From positions 1 to 64,000 of the forward strand of contig DATMBG010000026.1 of the NCBI GenBank assembly GCA_035559535.1: a stretch of 64,000 nucleotides of DNA. Direction: 5' to 3'. How positions within the stretch are numbered: position 1 is the first letter of the stretch; each line of letters starts with the position of its first letter. The notes under the pieces were generated by a model, which did not search any database, was not told where the DNA came from, and saw only the letters and a list, made by a program, of their open reading frames with translations. Both the position numbers and the translations under genes were made by a program. The stretch is from Candidatus Limnocylindrales bacterium. Lineage in GTDB: Bacteria; Moduliflexota; Moduliflexia; Moduliflexales; JAUQPW01. Positions 37,456 through 46,978 of this stretch are shown one piece after another.

Positions 37456-39171
37456 ATGGAGATTAAAAAAACTGAAGACTTTAACCGGGAGCTTGAGTTC
37501 TTCTCTAAGGGACAGGGTGTTTTACAAAAACCAGTGGGTGAACAAAGAATTGCCTTTTTGTTTTTAATCATCCTTCTGTTCCTGCGGATTGTTTTTATCT
37601 TTCGGTATCCTTTCAATTCAGATGAACCCCAGCATTTACATGTCGTGTGGGGCTGGGCCCACGGTCTGCTTCCATATCGTGACGTATTCGATAATCACGC
37701 CCCTCTTTTTCACCTCCTGTGGGCTCCGATCTTTGCTACCCTGGGGGATCACCCTGAGACACTCTTCTGGATGCGGCTTACCATGATTCCCCTTTACCTG
37801 CTGGCGTTGGGGAGTACTTATGAAATGGGTCAAAGAATTTTCTCTCTTCGGGTTGGTCTGTGGGCTGCGGTATTCACAGGATTGTTTCCACGGTTTTTTC
37901 TCTGTTCTACCGAGTTTCGCACGGATAACCTCTGGACGGTACTCTGGTTGGTGACGATGGTTCTCCTGGTTAGAGGGCCTATAACGTTCTTGCGAAGTTT
38001 TACGGTGGGTATCCTGTTGGGAGCCACCATGGCCGTTTCAATGAAAACGACTCTGTTGCTTGTTACCCTTAGCATTGCCGGCCTGACCACGCTTTACCTC
38101 TCTGCCGGGTATCAGCCGGTTAACCTCTCTGATCTCTTCGGGTGTGTGATGCGGGCATTGGTGGGATTTTCTTTGATACCCGGGGCGTTGATTCTGTTCT
38201 TCTTTGCCAGAGGGGCTTTAGAACCTTTTTTCTATGGAGTTATCAAGCATAACATCCTTCCAGGACTGGGTTCTTGGGGCAAATTTCGATGGTACCGATT
38301 GCTTTTTCCCATAGGGTACCCCTTCCTTTGGTGGGGAGCTCAGGTTATGATTCGCCGTATTCCCGACCCCGTGGGGATCCGTCGGGCTTTTGTATTCCTG
38401 GTCACCGGCGTATATCTCTCGGCCCTTTATAGTTTTTGGCCTCTCATCGAGCGGCAGCATTTTCTCCCTTTTTATCCCCTCTGCCTTATTTTCCTGACCT
38501 ATTTCGTGCTGGATAGGGCGGGTCGATGGTTCAAGGGATGGTCGGTTTCCTTTCTAAGATATTTAGTCCCCACCGGTATTGCTCTTTTAGAAATTGTTTC
38601 GTTGGTAGTGACAGAAAAGCCCTGGCAGGATAGGACCCGTGACCAGATAGAATTACTTAAAGATGTGCTGACCCTTACCCAACCCGGGGATCCGGTGATG
38701 GATGTAAAAGGTGAGATGATTTTCCGTCCGCGTGCTTTTTATTATGTACTCGAAACGATTACCATGGAGCGCCTCAAACGGGGATTGATTAAAGATGATA
38801 TTCCAGAACGCCTTATGGAGACCCATACCTATGTTGCCGCCCTGGACAATAGTCGATTTCCTCCCCGTGCCGGTAAATTTCTTCGGGAAAATTATCTACC
38901 GATAGGTCGTCTACGGGTAGTTGGCCAGTTTCTTGCCCCTTCCCTATCCGACGGAAAGTATGTTTTTTCCTTCGAGGTTCGAATTCCGGCACCGTATGTG
39001 ATTATTTCTGAAAAAGGTATCTTAACCGGCTGGATGGATGGCACCCCCTGCCAGGGTGCTCGATTTCTTACCGTTGGGCATCATGAATTCTTTACTTCTC
39101 CGACAGAAGGCAGATTTGCACTTATATGGGCACAGGCTGTGGAGCGAGGTTTTTCACCCTTTAAGGGGTAA
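37456..39171 (+). CDS. GT-C fold membrane glycosyltransferase (ArnT/PMT-like)
   Basis: NSDEPQHLH after TM1, PYRDVFDNHAPL, EFRTD, many TMs, periplasmic C-terminal domain. Confidence 0.8.
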   Translation: MEIKKTEDFNRELEFFSKGQGVLQKPVGEQRIAFLFLIILLFLRIVFIFRYPFNSDEPQHLHVVWGWAHGLLPYRDVFDNHAPLFHLLWAPIFATLGDHPETLFWMRLTMIPLYLLALGSTYEMGQRIFSLRVGLWAAVFTGLFPRFFLCSTEFRTDNLWTVLWLVTMVLLVRGPITFLRSFTVGILLGATMAVSMKTTLLLVTLSIAGLTTLYLSAGYQPVNLSDLFGCVMRALVGFSLIPGALILFFFARGALEPFFYGVIKHNILPGLGSWGKFRWYRLLFPIGYPFLWWGAQVMIRRIPDPVGIRRAFVFLVTGVYLSALYSFWPLIERQHFLPFYPLCLIFLTYFVLDRAGRWFKGWSVSFLRYLVPTGIALLEIVSLVVTEKPWQDRTRDQIELLKDVLTLTQPGDPVMDVKGEMIFRPRAFYYVLETITMERLKRGLIKDDIPERLMETHTYVAALDNSRFPPRAGKFLRENYLPIGRLRVVGQFLAPSLSDGKYVFSFEVRIPAPYVIISEKGILTGWMDGTPCQGARFLTVGHHEFFTSPTEGRFALIWAQAVERGFSPFKG

Positions 39172-39209
39172 TACCAGGTCGGTATTGAAATGGGGTGTAA
39201 AGCGGGCAC
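39172..39209. repeat. MITE-like terminal sequence
   Basis: TACCAGGTCGGTATTGAAATGGGGTGTAAAGC is the reverse complement of 46905-46936. Confidence 0.7.
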
Positions 39210-39419
39210 CCTTAAGGGGCTTCAATGATGTAAATTCATTTTCACCTATGAGCCTGCGTAGTACACTGTTTACTTAGTTTTGCTTGACTTGTAAGTGGCC
39301 TTCATCCCCAGCCCCTCTCCCACGCTGCGGGAGAGGGGAGTTAGGGAGTGAAAGCGGCCCTATGGGGTCAAAATTACTGTTCTCCGACTATCGGTGACTG
39401 GCACCTCATCGAGAAGGAT

Positions 39420-40166
39420 ATGTCCAAAGAGGTTCTTCCAAATCCGGTTGTCTGTTGTGTGATACCTTGTTATAACGTCGCAGTACTTTGTGGAGAGGTA
39501 GTTATCCAGACGGCTAAGTATGTGGATTACGTAATTGCTGTAAATGATGGTTCGACAGATGGAACGGATAAGGTATTGCACAAAGTTGCGGCGGAGAGTC
39601 AGGGACGTATTCGGGTCCTTTCATTTTTGAATAATCGCGGTAAGGGTACTGCCCTCCTGGAAGGGTTCCATTATGCCCTTAGGGAAATTCCCTTCGATAT
39701 CCTTGTTACTTTAGATGGGGATCGCCAACATTGTCCCTCGGATATTCCTCGCCTGGTACAGGCCTGTATACAGGAAAATGCAGCATTGGTTATCGGGGAG
39801 CGCACCTTCGATCTGGGAGCCATACCCTTACGGAGCCGCCTTGGGAATAGGCTGGCGACTATACTTCTACAAAGACTTTATCCCCGAAGCCCCCGGGATA
39901 CTCAATCCGGTCTACGAGCATTTCAACGAAGCTTTATCGAGCAAATTGTGCAAGATATCAAAGGGGGGCGGTATGAAACCGAACTCTATATCCTTCTCCT
40001 GGCCCTTGAGCGACGGCTACCCATTGCAACGGTCCCCATTCCGGCCATTTATTTCGATCAAAACAAGTCCTCACACTTTCGACCTGTGGTAGATACCTTA
40101 TCGATCTGTCGGGCATTCCTCGACTTCCGGGTTGGTGTTAAAAACAAGGTGTGTCCTGGCCGGTAA
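39420..40166 (+). CDS. Glycosyltransferase family 2 (polyprenol-phosphate glycosyltransferase-like)
   Basis: VIPCYN, VNDGSTD, NRGKG, LDGDRQH, DTQSGLR. Confidence 0.92.
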   Translation: MSKEVLPNPVVCCVIPCYNVAVLCGEVVIQTAKYVDYVIAVNDGSTDGTDKVLHKVAAESQGRIRVLSFLNNRGKGTALLEGFHYALREIPFDILVTLDGDRQHCPSDIPRLVQACIQENAALVIGERTFDLGAIPLRSRLGNRLATILLQRLYPRSPRDTQSGLRAFQRSFIEQIVQDIKGGRYETELYILLLALERRLPIATVPIPAIYFDQNKSSHFRPVVDTLSICRAFLDFRVGVKNKVCPGR

Positions 40167-40200
40167 GAGTAACGCCCCGAATTGCCACCTGGAGTTAAAA

Positions 40201-41952
40201 ATGGATGGGCTAGCAAGCAGAAATCGTTATATTTGGAAACTCTTACCGATAGAAAGCAGGATATTAACAGCATTAGATAAAGATTCCCAACAGCAACGGT
40301 GGATAGTTATTTACTGGCTGATTGCTGGCGTGATGGGCGCCATTCGTACCTGGGCTACCCGTCATACCATGAATGCCGATGGAATCTCCTATCTTGACAT
40401 GGGAGATGCGTATTTACGGGGTGACTGGAGTATGGCCCTTAATACCCTTTGGAGTCCATTCTACTCCTGGCTATTAGGTCTGGCTTTATTGGTCTTGAAA
40501 CCTTCACCGTATTGGGAGTTTACCGTTGTACATCTCGTAAACTTTATTATTTACATATGGGCATTAAGTTGTTTTCATTTCTTTTTGTTTGAATGGATTC
40601 ATTATAACGGAGGTCCGTCAATCCGGTTTTCCAAAGATAGATATAGAGTTCTGCCTGAAGGGCTGTGGCTGTCATTGGGTTACATCCTGTTCATCTGGTC
40701 TTCTTTAGAATTGATAACTCTCTCGGCGGTAACTCCTGACTTGTGTGTTGCCGCATTTGTTTATTTAGCTTCAGGTCTGTTATTACGTATCCGCAAGAAG
40801 TCCACAAGCTGGTTCCCATTTGTACTTTTGGGAGCAACCCTTGGCTTGAGTTATCTCACGAAAGCTTTTATGTTCCCTCTGGCTTTTATCTTTCTTGGAG
40901 TTAGTATACTGGTTGATAACCCACGGATAACAGTACTACGTACCCTGATAGCCTTAATGGTGTTTCTCTTGATTACAAGCCCTTTCATCATTGCTCTCTC
41001 CAAAGTTAAAGGCCGATTAACTTTTGGTGACAGCGGGAAATTGAACTATGTCTGGCACGTCAACGAGATCCCCGGTCGTCATTGGCAAGGCGACTCGCTG
41101 GACCATAAACCGCTTGTACATCCTACACAGCAAATATATGAAGTCCCGCCGGTCTATGAATTTGCATTCCCGGTTGGGGGTACTTATCCCCCTTGGTACG
41201 ATCCAAGTTATTGGTATGAGGGTGTTAAACCACATTTTAGGATTATTCAACAAGCTAAAGCCCTTCTGAGAAACTTATGCGTTTATTTCAGATTGTTGTT
41301 GGGTCCAGTTGGTGCATTAATGATCGGTTTATCCATACTGTTCTATAAGAGTGGCCAGGGACCAGAGTCTCTTAGAGATATAAGAGTCTATTGGCCACTT
41401 CTCATTCCAGTACTTACAGCACAAGGCTTGTTTTTACTGGTCCATGTAGAGCGTCGTTATATTGCACCTTTTATCGTAATCACGTTGGTAGTTTTATTTG
41501 CCGGGATTCGTTTAACTCATACCAATAAAAGATTAGTTCCCACTTTAACTCTTGCCGTTTTAATGGCATTTATCCTCTCAACCGTTCCAAAAACTGTTGG
41601 AGATGTTCTTTCCATACCTTGGGGCCAGCCTCATATTTACTGGCAGGTGGCCGAGGGCTTAAAGCGTATAGGAGTACAACCCGGAGACAAAGTCGCGTCA
41701 ACTAGTTATAGCCATTCTATCAATGTGAAGTGGGCCCGGCTTGCCCGTGTTCAAATCATTGCCGAAGTTTACAGTCAGGAAGGGGATGGATTTTGGACAG
41801 CAAGTCCTGTAATCCGAGAGCAAATTCTGGCTGCTTTTGCCAAGGCAGGTGCTAAGGTAGTTGTTACCGATATGATCCCAGATTCAGTTGATAAGGCGGG
41901 GTGGCAACAGGTAGGAGACACAGGGTATTACGCTTATTTCTTAGCCAGGTAA
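40201..41952 (+). CDS. GT-C-like polytopic membrane protein
   Basis: NADGISYLD after TM1, WSPFYS, TPD, GLSYLTK, about 11 TMs. Confidence 0.65.
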   Translation: MDGLASRNRYIWKLLPIESRILTALDKDSQQQRWIVIYWLIAGVMGAIRTWATRHTMNADGISYLDMGDAYLRGDWSMALNTLWSPFYSWLLGLALLVLKPSPYWEFTVVHLVNFIIYIWALSCFHFFLFEWIHYNGGPSIRFSKDRYRVLPEGLWLSLGYILFIWSSLELITLSAVTPDLCVAAFVYLASGLLLRIRKKSTSWFPFVLLGATLGLSYLTKAFMFPLAFIFLGVSILVDNPRITVLRTLIALMVFLLITSPFIIALSKVKGRLTFGDSGKLNYVWHVNEIPGRHWQGDSLDHKPLVHPTQQIYEVPPVYEFAFPVGGTYPPWYDPSYWYEGVKPHFRIIQQAKALLRNLCVYFRLLLGPVGALMIGLSILFYKSGQGPESLRDIRVYWPLLIPVLTAQGLFLLVHVERRYIAPFIVITLVVLFAGIRLTHTNKRLVPTLTLAVLMAFILSTVPKTVGDVLSIPWGQPHIYWQVAEGLKRIGVQPGDKVASTSYSHSINVKWARLARVQIIAEVYSQEGDGFWTASPVIREQILAAFAKAGAKVVVTDMIPDSVDKAGWQQVGDTGYYAYFLAR

Positions 41953-42054
41953 ATAAACCAGTTGATCTGGTACAAACTTTTACCTTCAGATTCTCCCATA
42001 TAGGGTCAGAATAGACTTCAGGGTAAACCTGGAGGTTAAGGATATTTCCTCGAC

Positions 42055-42879
42055 TTAGGGAAACCAGTATGTTAAACCCGGCCGAATTAAAACTGCCCGG
42101 TTATTGTCGTAGCTTACGCCTAGGGAGAGAAAAAGGTTAGGATAAAGGTAATAACGGGTTCCTAATGTCCCGACCAGTTCGCCTCCTGCTGCTTCCGGTA
42201 CCACAGCGTTTTCGTTGCCTGAGCTACTTCCTTCTCCGGTATTAGGCGAGGAGGAGGTATTACCAAAAACTTCCCCGACAATGTCGAACTTTTTATTGAG
42301 ATGATATTCCTCAGCCAGGGCAAAACCGAAGATGTTGTTTAACTGGACTCCTGAAGGTTCTCCGATGATGGTATAGCTGATATTGGCATGGGTATCGAAT
42401 TTGCCAAATCGTTTGCTGGCAATGAGGTATCCGGTGCAATCGGTTTTTCCGGTACCGATAAGAATATCATCCGCCGTTGGAAGCTTTACTTCAACGGCAG
42501 TGGCAAGTGCAGGGAACTTTAGGCTCTCGTACCAAAAAAGATAGGAAAGAGTTACCTCCAAGTCTCCAAGCCCGGTTGCCTGCCGTCCTTGCTTCGGGCG
42601 AATGGCTGTATAGAAAACCGGCTCCACCAAAAGCTCTAGATTGTCGGTTATACCATACTCAATTGCCATGGGTACAGCCGTCTCCGTCCCTTCGGAAGAA
42701 GTTTGATACTCAAAGGTGTTTTCCACCTTAAACCATCCTGCTTTAAGGGGTCGTGCCGTTTCTGTCTCGAGGGGCTGTCCAGCATAAAGAAGAGTAGAAG
42801 GTACCCACCACATCCATAGACCCAGTCCAATAAGAAAACGATAAAAATTTATCATGAATCTTCCATCTCCTTTCTCCAT
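42055..42879 (-). CDS. Outer-membrane channel ('transporter'/MetA-pathway-like beta-barrel)
   Basis: QPLETETAR, EYGITDNLEL, GLGD, VKLPTA, GTGKTD; aromatic C-terminus; start may be 42855. Confidence 0.7.
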   Translation of the reverse strand: MEKGDGRFMINFYRFLIGLGLWMWWVPSTLLYAGQPLETETARPLKAGWFKVENTFEYQTSSEGTETAVPMAIEYGITDNLELLVEPVFYTAIRPKQGRQATGLGDLEVTLSYLFWYESLKFPALATAVEVKLPTADDILIGTGKTDCTGYLIASKRFGKFDTHANISYTIIGEPSGVQLNNIFGFALAEEYHLNKKFDIVGEVFGNTSSSPNTGEGSSSGNENAVVPEAAGGELVGTLGTRYYLYPNLFLSLGVSYDNNRAVLIRPGLTYWFP

Positions 42880-42948
42880 GGCGAGAGCAGGGGATAAAAA
42901 TCAAGCTATTTCCCCCTGCTCCCAGGGAGTTTCCTGACTACAACAATT

Positions 42949-43362
42949 TTAATCTTGTCCGTTATCTACTCTAACCACCTGTCCGGTTGTAGCATCTACC
43001 TTCACGTCGCTGATTCCCTTGGAAGTCTGAATCTCAACAGAATAAACAATCTGTCCATTCTCATCATCAAGGGTAACCCGGAGTACGGTACCACTTACAA
43101 CTGCCAAGGCAGCAGCCTTTGCTTGATCGGGCGTAATTCTGGCAAGGCTCGGATCAACAGGCTGATCAGACATATCTGATATCCCTGAAGAATCCTCCAT
43201 ACCTGAAGAATCTTCTATATTGGAATTCTGTGAGCTCGATGAAAATTGGGTTGAACTGGAGCTGGTTGTTGGGGAAGTGGGGGAACGCGAGGATTTACCA
43301 CATCCAGCGAAGAAAATGAAGAATATCCCTAAGACCAAAAATACTGGAATGGGTCGTTTCAT
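42949..43362 (-). CDS. PepSY-domain lipoprotein with Ser-rich linker
   Basis: Lipobox FAGC; ITPDQAKAAAL...VYSVEI...VKVDATTGQV. Confidence 0.85.
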   Translation of the reverse strand: MKRPIPVFLVLGIFFIFFAGCGKSSRSPTSPTTSSSSTQFSSSSQNSNIEDSSGMEDSSGISDMSDQPVDPSLARITPDQAKAAALAVVSGTVLRVTLDDENGQIVYSVEIQTSKGISDVKVDATTGQVVRVDNGQD

Positions 43363-43475
43363 AGGGTCACTTCTCCTTTCGGTAAAGATTACGTAGAGGC
43401 ACAGTGGAAGTTAGGGTTTAGAAAGTTTCGGTAACCCGAGTAACTTCCACATCTAATCTAGTACAAGAATCTAGT

Positions 43476-43490
43476 ACAAGAAGGATGCCA
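43476..43490 (-). promoter_or_regulatory. Sigma54-like promoter (-12 GT variant)
   Basis: TGGCATCCTTCTTGT on the minus strand; degenerate tandem enhancer-like sites at 43580-43617. Confidence 0.6.
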
Positions 43491-43631
43491 CTCAGAAATT
43501 TAAGATGAAAAGATCTCGCAAGGTCAAGGGAGGTAGGCTACTTGAGTAAAGAAGGTTTACCGGAAAGCCAACTGACTGAGTCCTTAAAACAGCACCCCGA
43601 AATCCTGAATTGAAGACCGAAGCTCGAGACC

Positions 43632-44201
43632 TTAGTTCTCAGTTCGGTCAAGGAAGGTTCTGTTTTTCAAGGATTTTGTATGCAAACTTCCGAATAGGAA
43701 TAAAAGGAATAAAGGTTCTCCTATAGAAACAAAAAGAATTCGGTCTGAAGCCAGGGTAGGCTTAGGTTGGATATCAAAAGGTATGAGATCACTCACGATA
43801 GGCCGACTTTCCTGAGGGTTAATTACCGTTAAGAGTATGCCAAACTTTCCAGCCTGAATTAGCCTCATATCCCACCCCTGGGTATGGGTTTCGCCTGCCG
43901 ACAATTGATGTATATGGATGGCTGTCTGCGCCGACCAATCTTCAAGATCTACCGGATGTTCCTTGCCTGGTTCTAGAGATAGCAAGGCTATATAAGCTGT
44001 GAGTCCTTTTAAAGGTTGGGGTCCGAGGTTTTTAACAGTGCCAATGAAAGTCGGAGTGTTACCCATTTTCAAAATTTCATCTGGGCGTTGCAGGGTTACC
44101 TGGATCGAAAGCGTATTTGCTGCAGGAGCAATCCTTGTGCCGGGTAAAGAGAGAACAATCCCTATGAAAAGACCTAGGCTTTTTAAGTGGAGATACCTCA
44201 T
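43632..44201 (-). CDS. Exported Ig-like protein with C-terminal membrane anchor
   Basis: Signal peptide, TVKNLGPQPL CARDB-like motif, PVDLEDWS, C-terminal TM; translationally coupled to the permease. Confidence 0.65.
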   Translation of the reverse strand: MRYLHLKSLGLFIGIVLSLPGTRIAPAANTLSIQVTLQRPDEILKMGNTPTFIGTVKNLGPQPLKGLTAYIALLSLEPGKEHPVDLEDWSAQTAIHIHQLSAGETHTQGWDMRLIQAGKFGILLTVINPQESRPIVSDLIPFDIQPKPTLASDRILFVSIGEPLFLLFLFGSLHTKSLKNRTFLDRTEN

Positions 44202-44950
44202 AATTCGATGTTCCTCGTCGTTTTATAAAGGAGCCAGAAGACTATAAAGGAATAACAGCTCAAGAGGGTCAGCCTTAAAAGTTGAAAGGTTATTCCCTGC
44301 CCGTCAATCACCACGCTATCAAGCGTGTTTAATGCATTTGCAAAGGGATTTATGAGATCGATCACCTGTCCTACAGCAGTTTGCCTTAACGAAGGTCCTA
44401 AAAGAATGGGGCTTCCAGACAAGAGAAAAATAATCAGATTGGCCCATAACACATTTTTGAAGGATTTCATCCTGGCGGACAATATCAAAGCCAAACCACC
44501 AAAAATTAAAACCAATAAGGTTCCTACTAGGGATAGATATTTCATAGAAGGCCAGAGGTTTTGTCCAAGATTCCCTACGGCCCAGAGATAGGGGATTGAA
44601 AGGGCCAAAAGAATCAACCAGGAAAACAGAATTCCCATCAGTTTGGTGAATGCCAAGTCCTGTCCTGTAACTGGTGTCAACATTAAGATTTCTAAGGTTT
44701 TCCGATCCCGCTCTCCGGCAAAGCCATCACTTCCTCGTATTATGGCAACCAATGAGGCCATGGTAATAATGATGCCGCTCATCATATACACCGCTTGCGC
44801 GTTGTCTATCAAGCTTAATTCTGTATTGCTGACCAGCAGGATGGAGAACATGCTGAGAATAACAGTGGTCACAACGAGGAGAAGAATCCCTCGCGTTGCC
44901 AGGAGATCTTCGAGGAATTCTTTTTTAATTAAAGGTACCCAGGTATTCAT
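44198..44950 (-). CDS. ABC-2 type exporter permease
   Basis: IKKEF, AGERDRKTLEILMLTPV, 6 TMs. Confidence 0.88.
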   Translation of the reverse strand: MNTWVPLIKKEFLEDLLATRGILLLVVTTVILSMFSILLVSNTELSLIDNAQAVYMMSGIIITMASLVAIIRGSDGFAGERDRKTLEILMLTPVTGQDLAFTKLMGILFSWLILLALSIPYLWAVGNLGQNLWPSMKYLSLVGTLLVLIFGGLALILSARMKSFKNVLWANLIIFLLSGSPILLGPSLRQTAVGQVIDLINPFANALNTLDSVVIDGQGITFQLLRLTLLSCYSFIVFWLLYKTTRNIEL

Positions 44951-45861
44951 GCCATACCTCCTGTGGTGTAAGCAAGATAGAGATCTTCTAGCTTATCGGA
45001 GACATCTTCAACTTCGATAATCGGTAGTCCGCTGTTGATAAGGGTTTTAATAACCATGGTTGGAGTCATATCCTCAACCAGACAGGTCATCCAATCTCCT
45101 TTCCTTTCAATCAACGATATACCCGGATAACTCCAAGTTGAAGGGAGTTGATAGCCATTTTCTAAATGAAAACGATAACGGCGGATGGATGGTTTGTTAA
45201 GAGAAGAGGTAAGCATTCCTTCATAGCGGACTTTTCCTTTATCCAAAATAGCGATGCGGGTGCATAAACGTTCCACATCATCCAGAATATGGGTAGAAAT
45301 AACCAGAGTCGTGGCTTTTTCTCGATTCAGCTTAAGCAAAAGATCATGGATCTCTCTTCTTCCTCGTGGATCCAAGCCATTGGTTGGCTCATCCAGGAAT
45401 AGAACTTCAGGATTGTTTATCATAGCCCGCGCAATCCCCAACCGTTGTTTCATTCCTTGGGAAAAGGTCCTGATAGGACGACTATCACCGGGTTCCAATC
45501 CAACCTGTTGCAACCAGTCCTGATAATCATCCAGAGTAAGGGCAATATCATAGAGTTGACCAAAAAAGCTCAGGTAACTTAGGGCTGACATCCATCCGTA
45601 AAGGCCATAGGATTCAGGTAAGGCATTGACCCTTTGACGTAACTGCGGACCGGCTAAGAAAGGGTCCATTCCCAATACCGTTATAACTCCTTCATCAGGC
45701 TTGAGAATACCTAAAAGGATACGTAGTGTGGTTGTCTTGCCCGAGCCATTGGGTCCTAAAAGGCCATAGATATCTCCCGAGTGAACTACCAGGGAGATAT
45801 CCTCCAGAACAAGCCTTTCCTCAAAGGTTTTTTTCAAACCATAAACTTCTACAGGATTCAT
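44947..45861 (-). CDS. ABC exporter ATP-binding protein
   Basis: GPNGSGKT, FSQGMKQR, LDEPTNGLDP, STHIL. Confidence 0.95.
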   Translation of the reverse strand: MNPVEVYGLKKTFEERLVLEDISLVVHSGDIYGLLGPNGSGKTTTLRILLGILKPDEGVITVLGMDPFLAGPQLRQRVNALPESYGLYGWMSALSYLSFFGQLYDIALTLDDYQDWLQQVGLEPGDSRPIRTFSQGMKQRLGIARAMINNPEVLFLDEPTNGLDPRGRREIHDLLLKLNREKATTLVISTHILDDVERLCTRIAILDKGKVRYEGMLTSSLNKPSIRRYRFHLENGYQLPSTWSYPGISLIERKGDWMTCLVEDMTPTMVIKTLINSGLPIIEVEDVSDKLEDLYLAYTTGGMA

Positions 45862-45868
45862 GAAAACC

Positions 45869-45965
45869 TCCTTGAAGGGTTTCTTACTACAGAATTAGCT
45901 TAGGCCATAATGCTCGAAGTCCCCTCCTCCTGCATCCTTGAAGGGTTTCTTACTATAGAATTAGC
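45869..45965. repeat. 31-bp direct repeat pair
   Basis: TCCTTGAAGGGTTTCTTACTA(C/T)AGAATTAGC at 45869-45899 and 45935-45965. Confidence 0.85.
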
Positions 45966-45966
45966 C

Positions 45967-46386
45967 CTAATCCTCCTCTTCTTCGTTTTCTCGTTCTCTG
46001 TTTTTATGTTTCTTACCCTCACGGTGATCTGCCGAGTGTTGGTCTAACTTCAAAACCGAACCGGTTCCTGCGTCGATCTTAACATCTGTTATGGACTTGT
46101 CGCCAGAGACAATCTCTACCCCGTAAACCAGGTAATCGTTCTCATTCTCCAGTTCTATTTTGAGAACCTTACCTGGAACCCTGGTAAGAGCAGTTTGCAT
46201 AGCTTCTTGTAAAGAAATCTTTGCCATATCGGGGAAGTCACTTCGTTCTGCCTGGCCAACGATAATAGAACCCTTGTAAGAAGGTTCTTGAACTTTGTTA
46301 CTTTTTTCTTCTGCATATATACTGGTGGAGATCCCTATAAGTAGTAACAAAACAGGGATTTTAAGAACATGGTTAATTTTTCTCAT
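45967..46386 (-). CDS. Secreted PepSY-domain protein
   Basis: Signal peptide; ISLQEAMQTAL..VPGKV..ELE..VYGVEI..VKIDAGTG. Confidence 0.88.
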   Translation of the reverse strand: MRKINHVLKIPVLLLLIGISTSIYAEEKSNKVQEPSYKGSIIVGQAERSDFPDMAKISLQEAMQTALTRVPGKVLKIELENENDYLVYGVEIVSGDKSITDVKIDAGTGSVLKLDQHSADHREGKKHKNRERENEEEED

Positions 46387-46660
46387 AATTCTTCTCCTTT
46401 CATAGGAAGTTTGTTAAAAACTCCTCAATATTTCTTCTGATACCCCATTTGAAGGATTCCTTACCAGAGGTCATGCCGGGTTGAAGAAAACATCGTTCCC
46501 TTCAGGTTGGCAAGACCCTTGGTTTTTCACCCGAGGTGGCCTTGGCTTTCAGGGGTAAATGTTTTTCTAACCTAACCCTCTTCCTGTGTTGGGAGGGGGA
46601 AACCCAGGGATTATCTGGACCCAACTCTCCCCTTAACGACCTATCTACTCCAAATTCAAC

Positions 46661-46675
46661 GCAAGAAGAGTGCCA
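46661..46675 (-). promoter_or_regulatory. Sigma54 -24/-12 promoter
   Basis: TGGCACTCTTCTTGC, full consensus. Confidence 0.8.
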
Positions 46676-46759
46676 TCCAAAAGTAAGGCAGAAAATCTCG
46701 CAGGATCATCCGGACCCTTGATCAAGGACGGTTATAAATACCTAATTCAGGACTTTTTA

Positions 46760-46775
46760 ATCCTCTTTTAGGGAT
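46760..46775. promoter_or_regulatory. Enhancer-like site ATCCT-N6-GGGAT shared by divergent promoters
   Basis: TTTAATCCTCTTTTAGGGATT nearly identical to 37219-37239. Confidence 0.6.
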
Positions 46776-46788
46776 TCTATCCTGGTAA

Positions 46789-46936
46789 TACCCATTCCGA
46801 TTGAAGAGGTTGCATCTTGGGAGGGGACAACGCTAGGTGGCCCTTAACAGGCAGCCTCTTCCTTCCCTCCTTGCCTGCGGGGAGGGTTAGAGTGGACTAT
46901 GCCTGCTTTACACCCCATTTCAATACCGACCTGGTA
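46789..46936. mobile_element. MITE-like element with imperfect terminal inverted repeats
   Basis: TACCCATTCCGATTGAAGAGGTTG ... CACCCCATTTCAATACCGACCTGGTA; ends recur at 39172 and 32564/32895. Confidence 0.55.
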
Positions 46937-46978
46937 TAAAGGGAGCAACTTTTAATGGGGACCTAGGACGGAAATTTG

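Noticed and set aside
45869-45965. Minimal CRISPR array
   Set aside because: Only two repeats, no cas genes or leader, and the repeat overlaps an RBS
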